From the NCBI RefSeq assembly GCF_006345805.1, contig NC_043005.1, positions 67,146,001 through 67,210,000 on the forward strand: a stretch of DNA of 64,000 bases, read 5' to 3'. The notes below the pieces were generated by a model, which worked only from the letters and a program-made list of their open reading frames with translations, was not told where the DNA came from and did no database searches. This document shows positions 25,192 through 38,902 of the stretch, piece by piece; positions within the stretch are counted from its first letter, which is position 1; each line of letters begins with the position of its first letter. The stretch comes from Octopus sinensis. Taxonomy: Eukaryota. Position numbers and translations under genes: made by a program.

Positions 25192-26079
25192 TATTTTTAT
25201 GATGAGAACCGTTCGTTGCTGTCCTTGATGCACTTTCTCGCCATCTCTGATCCAACAACGAAGACCTTAGTCTGAATGTGATCAAGCAGTATCCGTATCT
25301 AGGTTTTGAATGTAAGACCATCTTGAGGCTCCATGAAAAGTATTGACTGAAGGGAAAATATTCATTCCTCATATATGACAGTTGCGCAAATGAAATATAA
25401 GTGATTGATTGTTGCATGGAAGCAGAACCATGGATTCTAGTCAACTGTTGCATAATCCTTCGACCATAAGATTCCCAATTTAATCGTACATGTTAAACTA
25501 ATAATTTAAATTCTGGTGAATAGAGAACGTTTTAAGATGAAAATATTAAAGTATCCGTTTCGAAAATATTTCTTTCCAAATTGCGAATCAAAGTGAAAAA
25601 AACAGCGTTAGAGTAATTTCTAGTATAATAGTTTGAAGAAAGCATTGTATGTCAAATGCATTGTGACATTGAGCAAAACCAAGCTGAATAATGCAAGGTT
25701 TAATATTGTTTGATGTTTCATATTGTTTGCTCGCACCTTAGAATGATTATGACAAGATTAAAGGCAATGCTATAAGGCATATTCTATTGAAGTTCGCTCA
25801 ATACATCTGGTGTATTTCAAAGTAACATAGAGTCAGATCTTTCATAAACATATTTGTTCCTAAATCTATAGATGATGCAAAATTATTATGCATCATCGAG
25901 TCAGTTGCTCCGCCCACAGAATGTTGGAGCTTACACGGAAATACAGGCAAACGTTGCAGAAATATTTCAGGCAGCTTATAAATCGTATTTTCTATCCAAC
26001 ATCAATCTTCCATTCTTTTTTTCTCTTTTATTTTTTCTCTTCATCCCTCATTACGTACGCACACTCGCACACGCATGCA

Positions 26080-26186
26080 CACACACACACACACACACAC
26101 ACAAACACTCGTATATATATATGTACATACACATACACACACACACAAATATATGTACTTATATATATTCAGGTAAATATACATAT

Positions 26187-26222
<36 letters not shown>

Positions 26223-26570
26223 GTATATATAGATTTGTATTTGTATATATGTATATATATACATATATATGCATATATATGTGTATATGATATATTCTCT
26301 ACCTCTGGTATTTGAGTGCCCTTTTTTCCACCTTGTTTCACATTTATGTGCTCACTTCGGTATATACCTATATATATATATATAGACATATATATACATT
26401 TGTATTTATATATGTATATATATATATATATACATACATATGTATATATATGTGTATATATTATATGCGTATATATATATATATATATATATACAAACAT
26501 ATACGCATATATTATACACACACACTCGCAGTCACACATACACACACATACACACACGTATGTGTGTGTG
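26080..26570. repeat. Compound (CA)n/(TA)n microsatellite
   Basis: Direct reading. Confidence 0.95.
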
Positions 26571-26589
26571 TGTAACGAGCAAAAATCTG

Positions 26590-27440
26590 TCTAAGAGATC
26601 AACCCAATAGCTGTATGAACACGTAAAGCTACTAGCCACTTCAACATGACTGTCCGTTCGAATGGACTTTACTGCTACTATTAAACCTCAAGAGGACATT
26701 ACCTTCAGCTGGTTAACCATGCACAGCTACACCCGAACTATTGGGAGCAGGGGAGTGACCTCTTGCCACATTCAAGCGACAGGATCAGGAGAGCAGCCTA
26801 TATTTCTCCGTCGGTTCATTACTGAACACCTCATCTGATAGAGATCGCAGTAGCTCGCTTCTGCTCGCAATATATGTAATTTCAAGTGCCATAAAGTTGC
26901 CTGATTTTGCAACCGGTAAAAGTGCTAGTTTTAAAATTATTTCTAAGAGATCAACGCAGTAGTTGTACTAACGAGTAATGGCTGTCCTTTCGAACGGACT
27001 TCATTGGGAATTTAACCAGCTAGAGGAGTTGACCTCTTTGTGTTACAAATCGCAGGAAAGTCCTTTCGAAAGCCATGTTTAAGGGAATGAGAACATTACT
27101 TGTTAGTAAAACTACTGCGTTGATCCCTTAGAGAGATTTTAGAGCTATAAGCTTCGCTTGTTGGAAAATCAGCGATTGTATGTCACTTGAAATTATATAT
27201 ATTGCGAGCAGAAGCGAGCTGCTACCTTTTCTGGCAGACGAGTTGTCCAGTATTGAAGAGAGGCAGAAATAGCCCGAAACAAGGCTGGTCTACTGGTCCA
27301 GTCGCTAGAATGGTTCGCTCCCTTACTTGTAATATATCGGATGCAGCTGTGCATCGATGACCAGCTAGAGGAGATGTCCTCTTGAGGTTTAAAAGTTGAA
27401 GTAAAGTCCGCTAGAACGGATAGCCATACTGAAGTGGTTA
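26590..27440. repeat. Old fold-back: diverged inverted arms ~26635-26915 and ~27155-27440, with a nested shorter inversion
   Basis: taaacctcaagaggacat / atgtcctcttgaggttta and agctcgcttctgctcgcaatatat / atatattgcgagcagaagcgagct. ctaagagatcaac at 26590 and 26943 is inverted at ~27115-27130. Confidence 0.85.
27247..27296 (+). ncRNA. Type I hammerhead (family X), C3>U
   Basis: CCAGTA-TTGAAGA-G-A-GGC-AGAAATA-GCC-C-GAAAC-AAGGCTG-GTC-TACTGG. Upstream cgagttgtcc is shared with the 15342-15394 copy. Confidence 0.75.
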
Positions 27441-27468
27441 CAAACACACACACACGCACACAGATATA

Positions 27469-28630
27469 CTGTGTGCGATGGGTAAATTGTTGCCGTTTTA
27501 TATATCTTTTATTTCGCGGAGGTGCAATGTTCGATTTTGATTTTGTCGACTACATAGTATAGTAGTGTCAGTTGAGTACCGTTTGTGAGAGAAACAGCAC
27601 CATGACGCAATGCACTCTGTCAGAAATTTACAAAGGATTCGGAAAGAGTTAGATGAATCTAATGGTAATTAAGAAGGTAGGACAGCTCAGAAAAGTCACT
27701 CTCATTGTTCTGATAGTAAAAAAACACTCCTGAATTTGTTGGTGAAATCCAGGCCACGACTGACAAGGATCTCTCCAAGTCAATTAAGTCTATCGCCAAG
27801 GACATGGGAGTGCCTGAGTTTCTTATCAGGCACTTAGTGCATGAAGACATTCGGTATTACTCATACAAATGAGAAAGGGCCACTATTTATCCTAAGCTAT
27901 GAAGGACAAGAGGAAATATGGCGCTATGCAACTTCTGAACAAACACAAGCATCCCCTCCAACCAAACATGCTTTGGATTTTCTCAGACGAGAAAAGGTTT
28001 CTGCCAGGATCAGAACAACCGTTGGTTTGCCGTGTCCCCAAAACATATACCAAGGGTGATAAAAACCAAACATCCAGTCAACATCATGGTGTTTGGAGTG
28101 ATCACTAGTGATGGCGACGCTATGTCTCCGTTCATCTTCCCACACGACATCAGACTCAAGACGGAGGCTTATATCAAGTGCTGGGAGGAGGTATTACTAC
28201 TCTTGGTCAAGAGGATGGCTGCTGGAAGACACTATGTCTAACAACAGAACTCTGCACCATGCTACACAAGCAGGAGTACCCAGTCATGGCTCTCAGACCA
28301 TTTTTGCAACCACATCACCCTTAACATCTGGCCACCTAACTTCCCAGACTGCTATTCCCTTGATTATTATTTGTCGAACGCAGTTGAGCAAGAAACCAAC
28401 AAAACTCCTTGTAACACCAAAGATGAACTGTAGGCAAAGATTATGGCAGCATTCACCACCTTAAACAAGATCACTGCTCAGAAGAGTTGTAGATTTTATT
28501 GAAAAATATTTACACATTAGTATTTTGAGATATTTTAATATAATTTTGGTAACTATATCGGTTAAATTGAGATTTCAGGGTTATTTTCATTTGTGCGTTA
28601 TTTAGATAAAAAATTATTCACCGCACGCTG
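27469..28630 (+). mobile_element. maT/DD37D-like Tc1-mariner transposon, decayed
   Basis: FSDEKRF, VNIMVFGVITSDG, QQNSAPCYT, IWPPNFPDCYSLDYY motifs. Degenerate TIRs (about 70% by eye) flanked by TA. Confidence 0.85.
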
Positions 28631-28689
28631 TATATATATAATTAATATGAATAGCAGTTTGCAATGATTCACCATAAAGGAAAACTGCA

Positions 28690-29445
28690 ACTGTTACTAA
28701 ATGGCAAAGCGAGACCGGAAAGTGTCGAAGCCGCGCTGGTCCGTTAAGCATTCTCGATCGACACTTTTTGGACGATTATGGTCCCTGTTAGTTCATGATT
28801 TCGTTGATGTACGTTAACCATAGCATTAGAGCATTTAGCTCTTATTTCTAGCAATGTATGTGTTTTCTAACACCCTCGTCATATTTAATGACATTTGGAA
28901 TACTCCTTTTTGGCCAGACATTGCAAACTGTTGTTCATATAAATTTTGCACATACACATTAGCGAATCGCTAAATCATCCAATTATTTAGATGTCGAAAG
29001 TATTAATACTAATGACAAATCGAATCCGGAAAGTGACAAAGCCACTGGCTTAAGGGATGAGACGACGGAAATTGCTGAAACTGCCACGTAAGTATTAATC
29101 ATTCTCGATTGGACGATTGTGGACCCTCTTAGTGTACATATTTAGTGAATATCTTTAGGACATACACATTAGCGAGTCGCTAAGTCATCCAATTGTTTAG
29201 ATGACGAAAACATAAATACTAATGGTGAAGCGAATCCGGAAAGACACGAAGCCGAGCTGGAAAAAGGGTTGAGGCGACGGAAAGTGCCGAAACTGTCACG
29301 TCAGTATTAATCATTCTCGATCGGCACTTTTCGGATGATTATGGTCCCTGTTAGTGTATATAATTTCATTCATGTGCGTTATGCACAGCATTAGAGGAGC
29401 GTTTTAGATATTGTTTCTAGCAATGTAGGTATTTTCTAACCCCCA
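28690..29445 (+). repeat. Tandem array of ~210-bp family X monomers with decayed HHR motifs
   Basis: Units 28951-29160 and 29161-~29370 both start catacacattagcga, plus a partial unit at 28700-28880. Each has ..CGGAAA..GAA(A/G)C..GTH..attctcga. Confidence 0.75.
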
Positions 29446-29449
29446 TTTA

Positions 29450-29650
29450 GTGACGTATGTCGGGTCACTCCGTCGCTTACGACGACGAGGTTTCCAGTTG
29501 ATCCGATCAAAGGAAGAGCTAGCTCGTGAAATTAACATGCAAGTGGCTGAGCATTACACAGACACGTATACACTTAACGCAGTTCTCAGTGAGATTTGGC
29601 GTGACGGAAAGTGTGACAAACCTGGCCCATTGAAATACAGGTACAACAGA
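29450..29650 (+). mobile_element. SINE-like repeat fragment
   Basis: Homologous to 11640-11760. Confidence 0.6.
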
Positions 29651-29655
29651 AACAT

Positions 29656-29845
29656 GAAGAAAGAGTGAGAAAAGTTGTGGTGAAAGAGTACAGCAGAGTT
29701 CACCACCGACCCCTGCCGGAGCGTCGTAGAATTTTTTTGGGTGTTTTCGCTCAATATACAATCACAACGCCCGGTCTGGGAATCGATGCCGCGATCCTAC
29801 GATCGCGAGTCCGCTGCCCTAAACACTGGGCCATTGTGCCTCCAC
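29656..29845 (-). mobile_element. tRNA-derived SINE (Arg-like head, assignment tentative)
   Basis: Minus strand gtggaggcacaatggcccagtgtttagggcagcggactcgcg..atcgattccc; second copy at 63045-63233. Confidence 0.8.
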
Positions 29846-29858
29846 AGTGGCATACGTA

Positions 29859-29985
<127 letters not shown>

Positions 29986-30429
29986 GAGCAATAAGAAAAA
30001 TGGAAGGGATCAATAGGTGGTTCATCAATTTTAGACATTATATTATGTTAACTTACGAAACTGACAATTACAAGAATATACATACATGTATAATATATGC
30101 TTTACAAATAAGATATAACAATAATTTATATATAAAGATACCAATAATTATTACAATATAACATACATGAATATAAATTGGGGAAATAACTTAGAGCTGT
30201 TTCAGCCAAGAGGCACAGGGAGGGATAAAAAAATACACACACACATATCTATCTATCTATCTACCTATGTATCTATATATCTATTTTTCTAACTATCTGT
30301 CCGTCTATCTATCTTTTTATCTATCTCTCTATCTATCTATTGATTTCTATATACATATATATGTGTGTGTGTGTGTGTGTGCGTATATGTGTGTCTGTGT
30401 GTGTGTTTGTGTCTGCGTGTTTTTGTATG

Positions 30430-30625
30430 GCCCTTGCTGCCGCTTGACAACCGGTTTTTGGTAAGTTTATATCCCCATAACATAGCGGTTCGGCAAAAGA
30501 ACAGATAGAATAAGTAACAACCTGAAAAAAATTTAGAACTGGGTCAATTCATTCGACTAAAAGTTCAAGGCGGTGCTCCAGGTTAGCGTCAGTCGAATGA
30601 AGAAACAAGTAAAATAAAAGGTAAA
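30430..30625 (+). mobile_element. SINE 3' fragment
   Basis: cggttcggcaaaag..gatagaataagta..ttcgactaaa..ggcggtgctccag..gaaacaagtaaaa. Related pieces at 6660-6780, 32790-33130 and 34145-34185. Confidence 0.65.
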
Positions 30626-30664
30626 AGGCATATGTGTGTTTGTATCTCTTTCTCTCTCTCTCTT

Positions 30665-30709
<45 letters not shown>

Positions 30710-32789
30710 ATCTGTTGAAAGACGCATATGTACTTGACGGTACACCAAAAAAAATAATAAAAAAAGTTTAATTTAGTATTTGTGGATCAAATAAGCATAT
30801 CTTGAGGTATTAGATAATTGCTTTACCTATATTTTCTACGTTTCGCGGCGCTAACATCATAATCATCATTGCAGTAAGAGGCTGTTTCACCTGGCGCAAC
30901 GTAGAACATCTTTTACGGATTTTAATTACTGAATGTTGAGGTAAGATCCGGCATTCACATAAGTTTTTCGCTTGTCTTCCTAAAGGGCCTATATAAATGA
31001 GTGCTTATCTTATGTCTTATGTAATATCCAAAATATTAATTCTTCTGTTATTCCTATGGTAATTTTATATGCTATATGTCTGAATGTTTACCCTCCTTTA
31101 ACACATCTTGAACACCCGCATTTGAAATTTGATTTATATTTTACATTTCCCTATAGGAAAAAATAGTGGGAACTTTTCAGGTAAATTATCAGGCATGGAA
31201 AGCACTTTGGGATCGCATATGGCTATACTATGGAAAGACATTATGCTTTGGTTTCTTTGTGACTGTTATTATATTTTTAATATCGCTATACTTTAAACCC
31301 CGATAAATGTCTTAGAAATTAAGGGCAATGCTGGTACATTTATAAAGTTGAGTTCCAATAATTTTCATCGCAAAGTTGTCGGTGAAGATGAATATGCAAA
31401 CGAAAGAAGATTTAGAGGGTTTGTTGTATCAACTCAATAGCGGGGACACAGAATTGTACTCACTTTACATTTCATGAACGTTCACATTAAGAAGTTGCCT
31501 TTCTGTATATATAAACAAAACGTTAATCAGTCCTGTAAAAAGATCAAAAAATAAATTTGAGTTTGATTAGGGAAATGTCACACCTGAAGACAAAACTAGA
31601 TGTGGGTTTCTTCGAAATTGATGGAAATAATTAGATAAAAACACAATTTACATACAATAATGGGGTTTACTGTTTTTGTTCGCTGTCTTGCTATGTTTAT
31701 ATGATGGAAAGAAGGGGGCGGAAACAAGAAATATAAAATTAGTATGTAACAAGTAAAATGAAAGTCTTTAGAAGAATGAAGCATTTATTCCATTGATCTG
31801 ACTGTCAAGCAACGTGTGAAGGCGCGCTTGCAGTTTTACAATAAATATTAGTAAATCTCTGAATGGATTATAATTTTATGAGATTTTTTAATAAATATAT
31901 TTTGATTTTAAACCGTTCAGTATAACCGATGAAAATGCAAGACATCGATTTACCATCATCAGTTTTATCTTTGTAACTCTATCGAATATTCTAAATAGTT
32001 TCATTAATGAATGTACCCATTCTTTAAATACATTCAATATTGATCGTGCAAATTATATTTTTGAAAAGTAATCAATAAGATTAATAGAAATAGACAGCCA
32101 CTGAGTTGCTTACAACTTAGAAATCAGAAAAAAAATATTATCAAATAAAACGCTAGTATTTTGAGCGAATGACTGACGCCACTTTAATTCAAAAATAAGA
32201 TGCTCTGGAGAAAATGCCCAGCATTAGTTTGCGGGTGTGTCACATTATTTCAATATATTCCATTATCCTGAATATATACGTTGTTATTGAAAAAAAAACT
32301 AATATATTCAATAGCGACGCATTTAATGGACGGATATATCCAATAATAAAACTCCTTATATTCTTAATTTTTATTCCTCAATATCCATCCACGGTTAACA
32401 CTGATAACAGAAAAAAAATTGTATTTGTATTCCTCTGTAGAATCAACCTCTCAGTAGAGAAGTAGAAGATGCCATAAGTTAAAAGCCATCCTTACTGTCG
32501 ATAGATATTTTTATCTGATTATATATCCTTATGACCCATCATTTTCGGCGAGCGTTATGCACTATCACTTTTGTGAAATATTGTTCCTGTTATTTTGCCT
32601 TTGATCAAAATGCTGTATTAAACTCAAAGAACAAATTCTGTAGGCAAGAAAAATTATATGAATGGTTTCATCTACTGTATGGAACGTATAAGCTATCCTG
32701 TATAATTATCAAAACTGACATTATTTTTGACAACATACTGTGTGAATAGACGTGTAAATATATCATTTATTTTTTATCTTTTACTTCTT

Positions 32790-33130
32790 TCAGTCAGTAG
32801 ACTGCAGCCAACCTGGCGCACCACCGCGAAAAATTTTTTAATAAATCTAATCGACCCCAGTACATATTTTCATTTTAAGGCTGGCACTTATTCTATAGGT
32901 TTCTTTTTCCGAAACGCTAGGTGTTTTTCTGTCTCAGCTTAGCTCCCAATAGCACTTGATGATCGGTGTTGATGCGTTTACGTCCCTCTAACGTAACAGT
33001 TTGTAAAAACAAAGCAACTGAATAATACCAGACTTTAAAAATAAGTATTGGCTTCCATTCGTTCGACTAAAATCTTTCAAGGCAGTCCCCTGCATAGCTG
33101 CACACTAACGACTTGAACAATTAAAAGATA
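32790..33130. mobile_element. Two diverged SINE 3' fragments in opposite orientation
   Basis: Homology to 30430-30625 on the minus strand (32790-32925) and plus strand (32960-33130). Confidence 0.55.
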
Positions 33131-33165
33131 AAAGGCACATACTCACACACACACATACACACACA

Positions 33166-33251
<86 letters not shown>

Positions 33252-36200
33252 ATATCATACAAGCAGTGGCAAACACACACACACACGTAGATCCATATAC
33301 TCACACACAAACAGAGAGCAGGAGACAAGGCAACCTTTCTACTTGTTGGATTTAATCATCATTTTCCCTAGCTTAAACAAAAGCATTTAACATAACTGCT
33401 AATGCCGACAACAGGAACATATGTCATCTTATGGTAGCATATATAAAATGAAGATTAAGGGATTATGAAATAATTTTCCTATTATGCATCGAAAATGAGA
33501 AGATTTATTTAAGTATCCTTTCAGTAATTCTTTAGCTTTTGCACTTCAAACCTTGATGCGGTTTTTTAACGTGTTTCATTTTTGTCTTTCGTCAATTATT
33601 GTTCATTTTTACCTCGAGTCTTGCATGTTTTCATGTTTTATGAAAGCTGTCTCCAAATCACATCTTGTTTTAATAATTTTTGTATTTTTCTGCCATTTAA
33701 GACGAACATTTTTCTTTATGATTGACAGTTTCTTCGTCGGTTTAATTTACAATAACCTGTCGTATATAGTTATCTTTCCATCCTTAACTTTACACTTTCT
33801 ATTTTATTTATTCGTCTTTATTATTCTCACTAACATACTTTCTTTTTTCTTCTCTTCCTCTTTATCTTTCTTTCCCTTGAAATACAATATTTTTTCTTCC
33901 AATACAATCCGAAGGACAGCCGAGTAAAATCCGAATAAGGAATTTTAAGTTCAAATAGTATTGCGAATATTTGGTGATATATTTAAATGAAACGTGCCGA
34001 GGTATGGTCCGGATATGTTTTGTGACATTGCACTGTAAAATTAGTGACAAATGATTAATTACCATCTGTGAGAGTCTTGTCCAATTACAAGCTAATGCAT
34101 CTAACAATCACATGACGGGTGACTATGTTTAACAGACCACCATGTACGGTGCTCTAGCATGGCCGCACTCAAATGATTGAAACATTTTTTTCCAAATGAC
34201 AACTTTAGCAGAAACAATGTGAATGGAATACCATTTCAAATATTCTTTGTCTCTGCTTCTCCCATTCTTTCATTTTTCTCTATCTCCTTCAGATCTAGCA
34301 TTTTAAAGCCGACTTCGAAAGTACCTAGAGTGTTCGCGTATTTCAATCAAACTGGGACGTTGCAACACCCTTGAAACATATTGTATGCCCTAACAGCAAG
34401 CAAGTTTGCTGTTTGCGAAACCTACGTCGGGTTCATGGAAAGTTAGGGTTATCACAACCAACGTCCAAAGAAAGCATCCAGTCGAGCAAAAATCAAGCGA
34501 TTCATCATTGTCAACGCATAAACAGTGCAGTCCAGGAATAAACATGCAACGATAAACAATCGATGCAGAGGAGTCAAACACTTCAAATCAAACAACAGCT
34601 CCCATACAATATTATTGCATATGCCAATTATAAATAACATGCATAGCATTGTTTTCTGCATTCTAATGACTGCAAAATTGCCAGTTTTCTTTGCAGCACA
34701 ATTCAAGAACGACATTCATAAAAGAGCTGAAATGGTAAATACTACGGTAATAATAAGTTAGCTATCATTAGTGAATTGTAGGTTGTATAAATTTAGGATC
34801 GTAACAGAACTAGCGACCAATTTATTCCTCTACCATTCATCCTAATCAGTGAACGTTCTTTTTGCTATAAACAATGATAAGCATGAGAGAAACGTTGGCG
34901 AAAATGAAACATCGTAAGCCAGTGAAAGAGAGAAACTGTTTTTAAATGAGAGAGTAATAGGAAGATATCTCAGAAAATATAACAGGCAGACAAAAATATA
35001 TCTTTTGCAAAATATAACTTTAAAAAACATGTGAATATGAAAGGCAGAAGAGAAAACAAAGATGTTATAACTTTAGAGAAACAATATTTTAGAGAATTAG
35101 GCTAGAGTGTAAAAGTAAACAAAAATACACAAGAAAATAAAACGTCAAAGAACAAAGGTTGCATAAAAGGAGAGAAATGCGTAGAAAAATAAGCAGGCGA
35201 ATCAAAGGGTGACGTATAAGATAAAAACGAGGATTTTACTATGAAAATATGCAGAAAAGCTATGGACAGAAGAACCGATTGAATGACAGTATGTGTTTGT
35301 GTTTCGGGGCATGATTATGCATCTGAAAAAATACATCCCTAGGCTCTATATGCAAAACGTTTTCAAATGCGGCACTATAAAATAGGACAAGAAATCATTA
35401 GGCATATTGTATCGTATTTTCGCCTATAACTGAGCCAGCAGGAATTATGATGGGTTTTGTTTTGAGTACCACTTCAGAATCAAAACAATTTCTAAAAAAC
35501 AGTCTAGCACGCAATTGTTTTGCAGTGAACATCTTTCGACCCATTTGAAAGAGCAAATTTATCAGATGCTTTTTTATTTCTCCAGGCTTTACCAAATAAA
35601 ACTACAACAATTTTTACAGATATATTTTGTATTTGATGCTCAAAAGAAGCATAATAACGCAACAAGAATAGCAAAGGAAGATAATTCAAAGCTTCATATA
35701 AATTATTCTTGTGCTAGACATTTTCGTTATGTGTAAAGATGTACTGGATCTATGGATAATTAGGTTGTTATCAATGCAAAAAATATAAATAAAATATTTT
35801 AAATAGAAAAACCAACTCACTGGAAAAAAGGATTTAAACATCCTTATTACAATGGAGGGGTTAGAGGAGTGGTTAGCAAATAAGGTATTATTTTGATGTG
35901 TCGTGCAGGCAACAGCAACAAAATCATGTCAAAACAGTTCATATAGAACTTTGCAATATCCCTCCTATTTTCTCAACGATGAATATCGATTATTTTCCTC
36001 AGCACCTTACTGATATTTATGTCAAAATATAATTACAGAGGTTGTACAATGTAAAACACTAAAAATTTACCTTCAGGATCCTATATACATTTACGTGATG
36101 GCATTAACAGAGTTATGGCTACGATAGCACAGACAACTTTGTACTTTCTCATCAAGTTTCACAAGAGTGCGCTCTATATCTACGAGAGAACACAGGTTGC

Positions 36201-37211
36201 CTTGATTAATGCATGGAAATATCGATGTCCTTGTATCTTCTGAACCAAATTGCTCAAGATTTTATCTAAAATTTTTAAATAGTTTAGCCATGTAACTATG
36301 TTGCAAATATATTTTTATTACTTCAAGATTAAAGATACTCAATTGAATGGAAATAACAGATCCGACTCGAACAAATACATAAAACCGGCATTTGAATAGT
36401 TATTTATTCCACAGCAATTTGTTCTGCAGAAATTCAAATCTCTACAAAAGATGAGGCACATTTGAAAATTGGCGCAATGAACATGATGATGTGTTCACGT
36501 GATCTCTCTCAACTTCATCGAACTTTGAATGTAAGACAGCATATATATAGAACGGTTATGCGGTGAATTTATTTCAAGAAACCGACCAGATAAGTGAGAA
36601 ATATCATGTAAATGATGAGAAACATAAGATGTATACTTTGCAAAAACAATATCCCAAATGAATTGGGGATGTTAATGGTAAGTATCTTAAATCTACGTGA
36701 GAATATGTTGTGCTGTAATTCCCTCAGTCTATGAACTAAATGTGTAAATAAGTTTGCAGAGGCTCGGACACTGCGCTGTTTATTGTCTTACGAAAAACGT
36801 AAGAAAATGGAAATACAGAATTCTTGATGGAGCAATATATTAAAATAAATGACATTTTTGATGAGAATTCGCCGTCTTGAACGATACACCCCAGGCTAAT
36901 TATCAACTAACATTTCAAAGAATAAATTTTTAAAATATTTTTAAACATGCGTCTTAGTATGTTTATATAGAAGCATGTACTCACATACACACATATATTT
37001 GTGCTTATCTAGTTAAATCGAAAAATCGAACATTAAAAACAACAAACAAAGGAACGTGCACATAGAATGTATTCGTTAAACACTCAGTAAAAATACGTCT
37101 ACATACTACAAATAGATACGTACACAAATACATGCTCATACATATATATGTTCGTACACACACACGCACACAGGCACACACACACATATATACATACATG
37201 AAAAATATAAT

Positions 37212-37300
37212 CGTCTCTAAACGCGACTAAGGGTGTCAAAACATACATTGCTACAAATAAGAGCAATGTGTCTTGACACCTTTAGTCACGTTTAGTGACG
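37212..37300. repeat. ~40-bp-stem hairpin
   Basis: cgtctctaaacgcgactaagggtgtcaa..acattgct / agcaatgt..ttgacacctttagtcacgtttagtgacg. Confidence 0.8.
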
Positions 37301-38389
37301 TCTATATTTTCCTTCTATTTAGCGTAACACATTGAGCATAACTGTTTATATTAGTTTGTGTGTGTGTGTTTGGGTGTGTGTGTATGTGTGTGTGTATGTG
37401 TGTGCGTTCGTGCGTGCATGTGTGTGTGTATGTGTGTGTGCAGCTGTAGTAGTAGTATTTGATAGATTGAAGTGGAGTAGAGAATCTGTATATCAAGGAA
37501 AATAAGGTAGTCAGCGCTTAGATAAAAAACTATTTATTCAGCGCTTTCATCCCTTTCAGGAATTAATCATGAATCAGTGATTTATTGAAATTTATCCCTT
37601 TTATGTAAATGTTTTACTTAGATTGCTCCGTACTTAGAGTATCTCTCTCTCATTGCCTTTCTTTCTCTCAAACTTCTGTGTTTATAAATTTATGTGCATG
37701 TACATATAGTTATTCTTCTAGGTCTTCTCTTTGTTCTGATTATCTCTCTTCTCACCTCTCGCTGCTTTTCCTTCTCTTTTTAAAAACTTCTCTTCTTTAA
37801 AGCATCTCTCCCCAACTTATTCCCTACTCTTTCCCTGTCTATCCTCTCATATCCTCACTAAATATCCAATCTTCCCCGTTCATCCTTCTCTGCATTTCCC
37901 TCCCCTCCAGCCGTTTTTCTCTATCCTTTCCCACACACTCTTTTTCTTAGCCTCATCTTCTCCTCGACTTACTCTTCTCTCTGTCTCATCCTACTCTCCA
38001 TTGACGTACTCTTCTTCCCCTCACGCATCAATTTGCACTCTCTCTCGCACGCCACTTGCTTTTTTCTCTTATCCTACACTTCCTTCCCATCCACCCTCGT
38101 TGCTTCCTCGCTTCTCTGTTTCAACTTACGCAATTGTGAGATTCACCCACTGATACACGATTACATATGAAGAGTTGTACTGAGATTCACAGCTACTGTC
38201 TGTATTTATGAAACATTCAGAGTTGGTACTGCATTCAGTGTTGGTAACCTCATTTTCCTAGGCTTAATCTTTGAATGTTAGCGGACTAAACACGTATGGT
38301 AACATCTAATGGGTCCTTAGATAATCAGATTAGTATTAGTTTAAATGTTCCGTTGGATTATTTAACTGAAATGACAGGAAATCCAAATA

Positions 38390-38902
38390 TTGGTTTGTCC
38401 GGAAAGTTCGTGCCGATTTATAGTAGATTACCTTTCGTCTTATTTTAGAACGTGGTTGAGTTTAAGCTATCTTTTCGTGGAAGAAGGGTTATGTTCGTAT
38501 GAACTGTGTTAATTTTGTTACCCTTTAAAATGGAAGATAAGACAGTTCATTTTCGGCACTTGATGCTTTGGGAACCAGACAAAAATTGCTGCAGCTCGGC
38601 TGGGATGTGTTACTCCACCCTGCATATTCACCGGATATTGCCCCTTCGGATTTCCACTTATTCAGGTCTCAGCAGTATAGTCTTAATGGTAAAAATTTCA
38701 ATTCCTTGGATGACGTAAAAAAATACTTTCATGAATTCTTTGCCATGAAACCACCTACATTCTGGGAAGAGGGTATTTTCAAGTCAAAGAAAGATGGAGA
38801 CGCATTGTGCAACAAAATGGTTCATATTTGGTTGATTAAAAATGTATTTATTGACCTTTTTCTTTCCTTTAAAAATCGGCATGAACTTTCTGGACAACCC
38901 AA
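38390..38902 (+). mobile_element. Second copy of the non-autonomous mellifera-like mariner, 513 bp
   Basis: Same TIRs, TA TSDs and the same junction atgctttgggaaccagacaaaaattg as 24626-25191. Confidence 0.95.

Noticed and set aside
28690-29445. CRISPR-like or DNA-transposon subterminal repeat reading of the array
   Set aside because: No short repeat with unique spacers; eukaryotic context; homology to the 15.2-15.4 kb HHR element explains it better.
35400-36250. Additional plus-strand exon candidates (e.g. 36078-36195 SYIHLRDGINRV..; also 4979-5011, 21330-21360, 31375-31470)
   Set aside because: Weak splice sites or incompatible phases, and no recognisable protein homology.
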